Positions 36,035-44,443 of a DNA stretch of 64,000 bases are shown piece after piece. A model generated the notes under the pieces. The model saw nothing but the letters and a program-made list of their open reading frames with translations, had not been told where the DNA came from and searched no databases. The DNA lies in assembly GCA_963771175.1 (NCBI GenBank), contig CAVYSY010000002.1, forward strand, positions 64,001 to 128,000. The letters run 5' to 3'. Source of the stretch: an uncultured delta proteobacterium. GTDB lineage: Bacteria; Myxococcota; Myxococcia; Myxococcales; Myxococcaceae. The translations under genes were made by a program, and so were the position numbers. The stretch's first letter is position 1. The number at the start of each line of letters is the position of its first letter.

Positions 36035-36692
36035 GCAGGCGAGGATCGAAGCGGCCTTCATGCGGGGCGACACGGGTATCGACGGAGCCGCCACCGAGGA
36101 GGAGACGCGAGACGAAGCCGAAGTCGAACGCGACAAAGCCCGAGAGCAACTGCTGCGCGGCCGGGCCTACCTGGGCCGCGAGTTCCTCACGTGGATGCTG
36201 TGGCGCTCGGAGTCCGGCGATGCGCTGGCGGACTTCGAGGGCGCCGGTCTCGTCGTCCTCTACACCGGCCGCTGCATCCTGCGTGGCATCAACGGCGACG
36301 TCACCGAGCTGGCCGCCCGCGGCGCGATGGCGCCCTACTCGGAGAACGTGAAGCACTCGCTGGACCGCGGCCTGCTCATCCACCAGGCCCGGGTGCGCAT
36401 CACCCACGGCGAGAAGGTCTACGAGGTCACGCTGGACGCCGAGTTCCTCGACATCCGCGCGGCCAAGCTGCCGGAGCTGATGACCGAGGAGGAGGATGAC
36501 CGGCTCCAGGAGCGGCTCTACCTCACCGAGCAGCTCTCCGGCATGGTGGACACGCTGGTGCTGGCCTTCCTCGAGGTGCGCGCCAGCCGCAACTGGAGCA
36601 AGAAGGTCGTCCCGGCGATGAAGAGCTGGATGAAGGGCGAGGACGAAGCCCCTCGCACCAAGGTGGAGCTCGCGCGCGCCGCTCGCGGCTGA
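36021..36692 (+). CDS. RdgC-like protein, second of a pair
   Basis: LGREFLTWMLWRSE, KLPE, ERLYL and FLEVR...W motifs; overlaps the first gene. Confidence 0.55.
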   Translation: MGKREQARIEAAFMRGDTGIDGAATEEETRDEAEVERDKAREQLLRGRAYLGREFLTWMLWRSESGDALADFEGAGLVVLYTGRCILRGINGDVTELAARGAMAPYSENVKHSLDRGLLIHQARVRITHGEKVYEVTLDAEFLDIRAAKLPELMTEEEDDRLQERLYLTEQLSGMVDTLVLAFLEVRASRNWSKKVVPAMKSWMKGEDEAPRTKVELARAARG

Positions 36693-36709
36693 GCTGACGG
36701 CGGGCCTCC

Positions 36710-37660
36710 ATGGACTCCCCTGCCCGACTCACCTTCTTCTGTGAGCTGGAGGCCGGGCCCCTGGAGGCCCTCTTCGCCGACCCGGCCGTCATCGAGCACC
36801 TCCTGGCGCTGCGAGCCAGCGTCAGCCTCGGGGTGCTCGACCTCGGACCGGAGCGGGCCCGGGTGGTGCGCCGGCTGAACCAGGCCGGTGTGCCCGTCAT
36901 CGCGTGGCTGCTGCTGCCCCGGGCGGAGGGCTACTGGTTCAACCTGGACAACGCGCCCCGGGCCGCGGCCCGCTACGAGGCCGTGCGCGCCTGGACGGCC
37001 GAGCACGCGCTGCGCTGGGACGGCGTGGGACTGGACATCGAGCCGGACATCCACGACCTGCAGCGCCTGTTGGAGAGCCGCTGGCGCCTGCTGCCCGCGC
37101 TGCTGCCCCGGCTCGCGCGGGGTGAGCGGCTGCGTGGGGCTCGGGCCGCTTACGGCGCCCTGGTGGACCGCATCCGCGCGGACGGCCACCGGGTGGACAG
37201 CTACCAGCTCCCCTTCATCGTGGACGAGCGTCGCGCGGGCTCCACCCTGCTGCAGCGCCTCCTGGGGGTGCTGGAGCTCCCCGTCGACCGCGAGGTGCTG
37301 ATGCTCTACTCCAGCTTCGTGCGCCCCCACGGACCGGGAGTGCTGGGAAGCTACGGGCCGGAGGCGCGCTCCGTCGGCGTGGGCGTCACCGGTGGCGGGG
37401 TGGACGTCCCGGACCTCATCGCGGTGCCGCCGATGGACTGGGCGGAGCTCGCTCGGGACCTGAGACTGACGCGGCGGTGGACGGACGACATCCACGTCTT
37501 CAGCCTGGAGGGCTGCGTGCGCCAGGGCTTCCTCGCACGGCTCCGGGACTTCGACTGGAGGGGGCCGGTGGAGACGCCTCTGACGTCGGCCCGACGCGTG
37601 GGCTGGCTGCGCCGGGCCGCGGGTCTGGTGCTCCGGGTCAGCTCCTGGCCGCTGAATTGA
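36710..37660 (+). CDS. Hypothetical protein, possible TIM-barrel glycoside-hydrolase-like fold
   Basis: 316-aa ORF; WDGVGLDIEP and VLMLYSS motifs. Confidence 0.6.
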   Translation: MDSPARLTFFCELEAGPLEALFADPAVIEHLLALRASVSLGVLDLGPERARVVRRLNQAGVPVIAWLLLPRAEGYWFNLDNAPRAAARYEAVRAWTAEHALRWDGVGLDIEPDIHDLQRLLESRWRLLPALLPRLARGERLRGARAAYGALVDRIRADGHRVDSYQLPFIVDERRAGSTLLQRLLGVLELPVDREVLMLYSSFVRPHGPGVLGSYGPEARSVGVGVTGGGVDVPDLIAVPPMDWAELARDLRLTRRWTDDIHVFSLEGCVRQGFLARLRDFDWRGPVETPLTSARRVGWLRRAAGLVLRVSSWPLN

Positions 37661-37754
37661 TGGGGGCGCCAGCGCCAGCTTCCGGGAGTGCCAGAACAAG
37701 CGAGGGTTTGGGAAACTGGCTGCCGCTTACCCGTTCTGATAGGTGGTCCGTGCC

Positions 37755-38710
37755 ATGTATAGACTCCTACTTTTGCGGTCTGCCGTGCTTCTCGTCCTCG
37801 TGGCGTCCGGAGCTGAGGCCGAGGAATGGGAGCCCGTCTCTCGGAACCTCTACCTTTCAGACGACCCGAGGGACGACGTACGCCGGGTGTACGTCGCCGG
37901 TGGATGACAACCGTGCTCCGCTTCCAGCAACCCTGCGACCGAGCAGGAACGAAGATGCTGGGCTGGGAAGGCCGCTTCGAGCCCGTGGAGTGTGCCGGGA
38001 AGAAGGTGCTCATAGAACCGCTCCACGACCTCGAGCCCGAGGATCGCTTCCTCTTGCTGGTGACGCTCGCGGATGGGAAGGAACTGCCCTTCACCGTGAC
38101 GGCGCATGAGGGTCGGTTTGATCATCAGGTGAACGTCTTTCCGGACCTCAAGACCCCGGAGGCAGCCCGCAGGCGACTCGCGGATGCCTACCAAAGGGAG
38201 CAGATTCTCAAGAAGGAGAACGAGAGACTCCTAAAGGAGCAAGCCTCTACCGATCACGCCTACGCCTCACTCCTGGCCCGCGGCGAAGCGAAAAACACAC
38301 CGTTTCATCGCGAGAGCAAGTGGCGAGTCGCGCTCGGGGGCGCGGTCGTTGATATTTATATTTATTCCGCCAGGAAGACACAAAAGGCAGCCGTCCTGTT
38401 TCATGTGCTCAACAGCGATCTGGACGTGCCCTGGAAGCTGAAGGAAGTCCAGCTATCAGCCATGCTCAGCAGACAATCCCACGAAGAGCCAGCACGAACA
38501 GGCGAGAAGAAAGCGTTCGCCTTGCGCACGAATCGCGACGAAATCCCGCCCGGCGAATCCGGCTTTGTCGCCGTCGTTGCAGACAAGAGTGCCTTTGCTT
38601 CAAAAGATGGACCCGTTCATCTTGTTCTTGAGCTATTCCGGCATGACGGCCTTCAGCAAGCAGTTGTCTACCTGGACCATCGAATCGTGGCTGAACAGGG
38701 AGCGCGCTAA
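37755..38710 (+). CDS. DUF2381 family protein (frameshift near 37899)
   Basis: Signal peptide MYRLLLLRSAVLLVLVASGAEA; VYVAG..TTVLRF, DRFLLLVTLADG, DHQVNVF, AAVLFHVLN and IPPGESGFVAVVADKSAF. Confidence 0.8.
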
Positions 38711-38712
38711 CC

Positions 38713-39201
38713 ATGTCCGTGAGAAAATCCCTCGCACTCCCTGCCGTGTTCCTTCTGTTTGTAATCACTGGCTGCCCCTCTGCAGGAGTGTCTCTGCGTC
38801 CTGATGGCAGTCCCGAACCAGAGAAATGCTCCGAAAAGGCATTGGAAGTCATGCGCATCTTGCGGATGCGTGTAGGTGATGCCGCCGATGCGCATCTCGA
38901 TGCGAATCAGATAGATGCAAGTCCCGTCATTGTTTACGACGGTCCGATTGAAAGCTACTTGACCGAATCGCTTGGTACGCTTGATCCCGGAACTCGCCTC
39001 TACGGACAGGCGTGGACGGGAGGGTTTCAGGTCGTCGTCCGGTATTATGAAGCGCACCCTCCCGATGGCGACAAGGTTCCAATCTGCGCGGTCGCTCGGC
39101 TCGGTCGCGGCCAGATGCGAAAGAGGCCCGATTCCAAGCCGGGGAGCGCTCTCCTCGAACATGGCGCGGTGTCTGTTTTCGTGGTCGATTCGTTCCGGTA
39201 G
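38713..39201 (+). CDS. Lipoprotein resembling the C-terminal domain of DUF2381-associated Ser/Thr kinases
   Basis: Lipobox VITGC; PEKC...GPIES...GTRLYGQAW...RYYEA..PDG.KVPICAV; no kinase domain. Confidence 0.65.
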   Translation: MSVRKSLALPAVFLLFVITGCPSAGVSLRPDGSPEPEKCSEKALEVMRILRMRVGDAADAHLDANQIDASPVIVYDGPIESYLTESLGTLDPGTRLYGQAWTGGFQVVVRYYEAHPPDGDKVPICAVARLGRGQMRKRPDSKPGSALLEHGAVSVFVVDSFR

Positions 39202-39265
39202 ACCCACCTATTGGGGCGCATAGAAGGGTAGACCCTCCGCGTTCCGGAGACACGGTGCCCGGACT

Positions 39266-39970
39266 TCACGGCCCTTCGACATCCACCATGCTCCACTCGA
39301 CATCCGATGAAATCCGCTCGTGGGAAGGAGGAGGCACCGGGTTGCGCTCCGCCCGCGCCTTGATGCCCAGCATCATCTTCCGCATCATCCCCAGCTCGCC
39401 GAGGTCCATGGCCAGGTAGAGGAGGAAGGCGCCCGGACGGAGCGAGGGGCGCATCCGCACCCGGGTGACGAGGCGGGTCCTCCGCACCCCGAGGGGTTCG
39501 AGCAGGAGGACACTGCTGATGAGGGGATGGCCCCTGTCGCGAATCACGAGCTCGAGGCACCGCTCGGGCACGAGCCCCTCCACGGTGAAACCCCCACGGG
39601 GGCCGACCACCCAGGGCCAGACGGCGGAGAGCGGCGCCTCGACGGTGACGGCGCGGGTGGCCTCCTTCAGGGGATGGGCCACGAGGTCATCGCCGCGCAT
39701 GGGCCGATGCACCTCCTCCCACGTGGCCCCCCAGGAGAGCTGCCTGGGACGGATGAAGAACAGGTTCACCCAGGAGAAGGCCGCCCCCAGGAGGGACAAT
39801 CGCTGGAGGGCGCGCATGGCGTTGCTCCTCGCCGGACGCGCATTCAGGGCAGCCGCCCCCAGGGTGGCTCCCATGCCGATGACCACGCCGGGCCACCGGG
39901 AGCCCATGTCCCGCCACACCTCCCGCCAGGCCTCCTCCATCTGCCCCACGCTCTGCCCTGCCCTCTTCAT
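39266..39970 (-). CDS. SRPBCC-like membrane-anchored protein with apparent internal in-frame deletion
   Basis: [12 protein letters not shown]...[24 protein letters not shown] and [14 protein letters not shown]. Confidence 0.6.
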   Translation of the reverse strand: MKRAGQSVGQMEEAWREVWRDMGSRWPGVVIGMGATLGAAALNARPARSNAMRALQRLSLLGAAFSWVNLFFIRPRQLSWGATWEEVHRPMRGDDLVAHPLKEATRAVTVEAPLSAVWPWVVGPRGGFTVEGLVPERCLELVIRDRGHPLISSVLLLEPLGVRRTRLVTRVRMRPSLRPGAFLLYLAMDLGELGMMRKMMLGIKARAERNPVPPPSHERISSDVEWSMVDVEGP

Positions 39971-41039
39971 GTCCTGCCCTCCTGGCCCGCGCTGGCTCCT
40001 CGCCCCTGCTCGTCCAGCCGCCGCGCGAGGTAATCGACACAGGCGTCGAGTGTGGTGAGCCGCCCGTAATCCGACTCGGGAATGGCGCGTGCTCGAAGAT
40101 GAGGACGGGATCCGGCTCCTGGAGCGCGCTCCACAGCATGCCGCGCGCGTCCTCCAGCGTGGCGGGGGCCAGGATGCGGATGCCCGGGATATGGGCGAAC
40201 CACCCCTCGAAGCTGTGCGAGTGCTGCGCGGCCACCTGCCGCCCCGCCCCCGTCGCCAGCCGGATGACCGGCAGCTTGCGCAACTGGTCCGCCAACGCCA
40301 AGCCGAGCGCGAGCGGCAGTCCCCCGGCGACGATGGCATTGCCGCCGTAGAAGCGCCGGGACACATCGAAGAGGTGCATGGAGCCACCACGCCCCCGACT
40401 GCACCCCTCGGCCCGGCCGAACATCTCCGCCATGATGGCCCGCGCGGGCACGCCCCGGGCCAACGCGTGCCCGTGCTCGCGATAGTGCGACACGAGCGCA
40501 TCGTCCGGCTGGAGCGAGCGGATGGCCCCCACCGCGCACGCCCCCTCGCCGATATAGATGACGTCGTCGGTGCGGCCCACGACCCGCTCCAGGCGCGTGC
40601 GAACGGGCTCGGGGCCGAAGGCGGAGAAGAGCGGGCAGAAGACGGCGCGGTGCTTCAGCGTGCCGAGCGCGGCGATGTACAGCTCGGGGACGCGACCCAG
40701 GAGGGAGAAGACGCGCTCGCCCGGCCCGATGCCCAGCGCCTCGAGCGCGTTCGCGAAGCGGCTCGTCCAGGAGGAGAGCTCGGCGTAGGTGAAGACCTCG
40801 CGCTCACCGCGTCGCCCCAGCCAGCGCAGGGCCGGATGCTCTCCCTTCCCTGCCAGGCAATGCCGCTCCACCGCCTCGTGAGCGATATTGAGGCCCCTCC
40901 CTCGCGGCAGCCCGGCCAGCTCCCGTTTGGCGGCTTCCCAGGAGAAGGAACCCCGCGTGGCCTCGTAGCCGAGCATGTTGGGAGGCACCCGCCAGCCCGC
41001 ACGTGGCTTCACGATGCGCTGCACGTCCTCCGGCCTCAT
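39967..41039 (-). pseudogene. Mosaic remnant of an acsA-pdhA-pdhB-(pdhC)-ACP operon
   Basis: One frame joins AcsA N-terminus ([21 protein letters not shown]), GRTDDVI, PdhA ([24 protein letters not shown]) and PdhB ([15 protein letters not shown]); ACP tail [12 protein letters not shown] in the next frame. Confidence 0.85.
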
Positions 41040-41314
41040 CCGCGCACCCTCTCTCTGTCCCACCCTTCCAGAGGTAATTCTCCGCCCATCAGCCGACACC
41101 CCGCCTGCCGAGATGAAGCAGGCACCCTGGAGCGGGGAGCAGGCATCCTGGACCGCTTGCCCTACCTCCTGGTCGAGCCGAGCTTCATGGAAGCAACAGC
41201 AGCGCACGCCGACACAGCCGCCTGATAGGCGCAGAGGGCGGCTTGCTGGCACCCGAGGCGATTCCCAGCTTTCCCAGAGCCGCCCGGTGAGGCCTCGAGG
41301 CGGGGAGGTGCCCG

Positions 41315-41797
41315 ATGGAGCTGCTGACCATTCCCATCGAGAAGCCGGGAGACCTGAACGTCATCCTCGGCCAGTCGCACTTCATCAAGACGGTCGAGGA
41401 CATCCACGAAGCACTCGTGGGCACCTCGCCCCACCTCAAGTTCGGCCTGGCGTTCTGCGAGGCCTCCGGCGCCCGACTCGTGCGCGCCTCCGGCAATGAT
41501 CCGGAGCTCGTCGAGCTCGCGACGAGGAACGCGCTGGCCATCGGCGCCGGCCATTCCTTCATCATCTTCCTGCGCGATGGCTTCCCGGTCAACGTGCTCA
41601 ATCCGCTCAAACAGGTTCCCGAGGTGTGCCGCATCTACTGCGCGACCTCGAACCCGGTGGAGGTGCTCGTCGCCGGCACCGAGCGGGGGCGCGGCATCCT
41701 GGGGGTCGTGGACGGCGAGCCCCCGCTCGGGGTGGAGAAGGAGCAGGACGTGCGCGAGCGCAAGGAGCTGCTGCGCACGATTGGCTACAAGCTGTGA
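41315..41797 (+). CDS. Adenosine-specific kinase family protein (DUF355)
   Basis: [48 protein letters not shown] and IGYKL. Confidence 0.9.
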   Translation: MELLTIPIEKPGDLNVILGQSHFIKTVEDIHEALVGTSPHLKFGLAFCEASGARLVRASGNDPELVELATRNALAIGAGHSFIIFLRDGFPVNVLNPLKQVPEVCRIYCATSNPVEVLVAGTERGRGILGVVDGEPPLGVEKEQDVRERKELLRTIGYKL

Positions 41798-41811
41798 GGG
41801 TACGCCCCCCG

Positions 41812-42351
41812 TCAATCCGCATGCAGGAAGCGGTGGCGGTGTACCTCCTCGCGTGTCCAGACGGACGTCCCCGCCTGCGTCCCCACCGTTTCCACCGTCA
41901 CCACCGCGTCGGGCTCCTCGAAGGAGAGGCGCCCCGGGGCCCCCTCCTCCTGAAGTCGGTCCAACAGGACATCGTCCAGGACATGCTCCTCATCCAGGCT
42001 GTGGAGCTGGCCCTTGAAGCCCCGGCGGTGGATGCGCACGTGGAAGGACTTGCCGGCAAGCGCGGGAGCCAGTCCCTGGAGTGCCTCCTTCGCCCGGGAC
42101 TCGAACTCCTCGGTGGAGTGGAAGGTGAAGGAGCGATCAATCGGCGTCACATGCGCCAGGAAGCGCACGCTGTCCGGGGCCTGCTCCGCCTGGGCGCGGA
42201 GGTGCTCCAGAAAGGCCCTCGGATCCGCCACCTTCATCACCAGCACGTTGAAGAAGCCGCTCGGGGCCACCACACCGAACCGGCGCAGGTAATCGAGGGC
42301 GCGGCCGAACTCCCGCCCGTTCAGGGTGATCACCACGTTCCAGTCCTTCAT
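41812..42351 (-). CDS. Stand-alone THUMP-like domain protein
   Basis: MKDWNVVIT, FFNVLVMKV, SFHVRIHRRGFKG and FEEPDAVVTVETVG. Confidence 0.7.
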   Translation of the reverse strand: MKDWNVVITLNGREFGRALDYLRRFGVVAPSGFFNVLVMKVADPRAFLEHLRAQAEQAPDSVRFLAHVTPIDRSFTFHSTEEFESRAKEALQGLAPALAGKSFHVRIHRRGFKGQLHSLDEEHVLDDVLLDRLQEEGAPGRLSFEEPDAVVTVETVGTQAGTSVWTREEVHRHRFLHAD

Positions 42352-42439
42352 GACCCAACGTTGCGGATGCCCGCCCCGGCAAGCCAGGGGGGCCCCGGAA
42401 GGAGCGGAACACGTAGACGCGCGCTCGGTAGTCGACCAC

Positions 42440-42488
42440 AAGTGATGTGCCCCCCAAACCCACATCACTTACAGACGTCTGTAAGTGA
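42440..42488. repeat. Overlapping inverted repeats including a perfect 24-bp palindrome
   Basis: TCACTTACAGACGTCTGTAAGTGA at 42465-42488; AAGTGATGTG/CACATCACTT stem at 42440-42470. Confidence 0.9.
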
Positions 42489-42501
42489 GCGCGGCAGGGA
42501 G

Positions 42502-44337
42502 CTACTGGACGAGCCGGTGGATGTCTCCGCAGGCGATGTACGAGCTGCCGTTGGCGGTGGTGGTGATCTCCTCCACGACGTACAGCACGTTCTCCTCGCG
42601 GATGTCGCGCGGGAAGCGGATGTTGAGGTCGGGGTCGTAGCCGTCCGAGACCACGCGGGCGCGCAGCTTGCTGCCCTCCTTGATGCACTGGACGATCACA
42701 CCCGTGCCCACGGTGTTCGTGGTGGGCAGGTCCGCCGCCGAGCCCGTCACCTTCGACGCGGTGGGCTTGCCCTTCTTCCTCGAGGACGCGTCCGCCGCGC
42801 GCGCCGTGCGCTCCTGCCCCGGCAGCACCAGCCGCTTGATGGTGCCGTTCACGCGGTAGAAGGTGCCGTCCCCCGACAGCTCCAGCTTGTCCACCACGTA
42901 CGTGACGCCCTCCTCGCGCGCGCTCCGGGGGAACTGCACGTTGAAGCTCGCGTCGTAGCCCTCGGAGACGGGGTGGACGCGCAGCTTGCCGCCATCGCGC
43001 ACGCACTTGAGGATGACGCCGGTGCCCGCCGTGGACACCGCCTCCAGGCCGTCCGCCGAGCCGCCCGCCGTGCCTCGCAGGGCCAGGTCCCCGCGGCTGC
43101 GCGTGCCCGCCTGGTAGGACTGGTCCCTCAGCTCCTTGCGGATGACGGAGTCGTACCGCTTGGACTCCAGGCGCTGCGCGTAGTGCGCGAGCTGCTCCAC
43201 CTCCTCGGCGATGTCATAGGAGGCCTTGTCGAGGTTGGCGGAGAGCTCGGCGATGACCTGCCGCAGCCGCTGCGAGGCGGAGGCGAGGTCTCCCTTGTCG
43301 GCGAACTCCACGGCCTGGTCCTTGACGCGCGCGATGCGCAGACGGTTCGTCTGGGCCAGCACGTTCTTGTCCGCCGACACGGCCGCCGACTCCGAGGCCG
43401 AGCCCAGGTTGGCCACGATGGGCACCTCGCCGGAAATCTCCCGGACGGCCCCGTCCACCACCGTCTGCGCGCGGAACACCAGCGTGGCGAGCGTCACCGG
43501 ACCGGTCGCGGCTCCCGCCTCCACCGACAGCTCCGCGGCGAGCTGCCGCTCCTCGGTGGCGTACACGTCGCCCAGCCCCACCGCCACCTCCTGGCCCCGG
43601 GCCTCGAAGCGGTAGCGGTTGAGCACGCTGGCCACCTTCACCGTGGGCGCCGGCTTGAGCGTCACCTCCAGGTTCTGCGCGACGAGCGAGCCGAGGCCCT
43701 CCATCTCGATGTTGAAGACGCCCTCGGCGTCCTCCGGCGTCTGGATGTAATAGAAGTGCCCCTCGCCGGCGTTGGCCATGCCGATGAGCAGGTCCTCGTT
43801 GAAGTTGGCCCCGAAGCCGAGCGTGGTGGTGATGACGCCGGCCGCCGACTTCTCCCGCGCCGTGGAGATGAGCGCCTGCGCATCCGTGATGCCCGCGTTG
43901 GCCTGGCCGTCCGTCAGCAGCAGCACGCGGTTGATGCGCTCCTGGGCCTTGTTGGTGCCCACGTGCTCCACGCCCTTGAGCCAGCCGCCGCTGAGGTTGG
44001 TACACCCGCCGGCGCGCACCTTGGAGAGCACCGAGCCGATGGCCGCCTTGTCCGTGACGCGCGTGGGCGCGAGCACGGTGGACACCGCGTCGTCATAGGT
44101 GACGATGGAGAGCCAGTCCTCGGAGCCCATCCGCTCCACGAGCTGTCGTGAAGCCTGCAGCGCATGCTTGAGCGGAACGCCCGCCATGGAGCCCGAGCGA
44201 TCGATGACGAGACTCAGGTTGAGCGAGCGCCGCGCGGCCGCCGCCGGGGCATCGGCCTGGAACGTCACCAGCAGGTCGACCTTCGAGGAGGTACCAACAG
44301 GGAGCACCGGACGGCTGAGCGTGTAGGAAGCCTTCAT
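42502..44337 (-). CDS. vWA domain protein with two tandem C-terminal repeat domains
   Basis: MIDAS DRSGSM, GGCTNLSGG, LLTDGQAN; two copies of GVI.C..GG/SKLR...S.GYD..N.FPR..REE.V.YVV...G..Y...G.I.RLV. Confidence 0.88.
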   Translation of the reverse strand: MKASYTLSRPVLPVGTSSKVDLLVTFQADAPAAAARRSLNLSLVIDRSGSMAGVPLKHALQASRQLVERMGSEDWLSIVTYDDAVSTVLAPTRVTDKAAIGSVLSKVRAGGCTNLSGGWLKGVEHVGTNKAQERINRVLLLTDGQANAGITDAQALISTAREKSAAGVITTTLGFGANFNEDLLIGMANAGEGHFYYIQTPEDAEGVFNIEMEGLGSLVAQNLEVTLKPAPTVKVASVLNRYRFEARGQEVAVGLGDVYATEERQLAAELSVEAGAATGPVTLATLVFRAQTVVDGAVREISGEVPIVANLGSASESAAVSADKNVLAQTNRLRIARVKDQAVEFADKGDLASASQRLRQVIAELSANLDKASYDIAEEVEQLAHYAQRLESKRYDSVIRKELRDQSYQAGTRSRGDLALRGTAGGSADGLEAVSTAGTGVILKCVRDGGKLRVHPVSEGYDASFNVQFPRSAREEGVTYVVDKLELSGDGTFYRVNGTIKRLVLPGQERTARAADASSRKKGKPTASKVTGSAADLPTTNTVGTGVIVQCIKEGSKLRARVVSDGYDPDLNIRFPRDIREENVLYVVEEITTTANGSSYIACGDIHRLVQ

Positions 44338-44443
44338 GGGTAGGCCCTTTCGAGGAGTGCGCGCGAGAGCCTATGCTCTCCCTCTGTCATGCGTCACCTG
44401 GGGCCGACCCACCCTGCCACGTCGGCCCCGCCAGGAGAAGGAG

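Noticed and set aside
41626..44151. Long antisense/shadow ORFs (for example 841 aa here, 4633..6396, 19501..21048, 26734..28476)
   Set aside because: They overlap well-supported genes on the other strand or frame; expected in high-GC DNA and they carry no motifs
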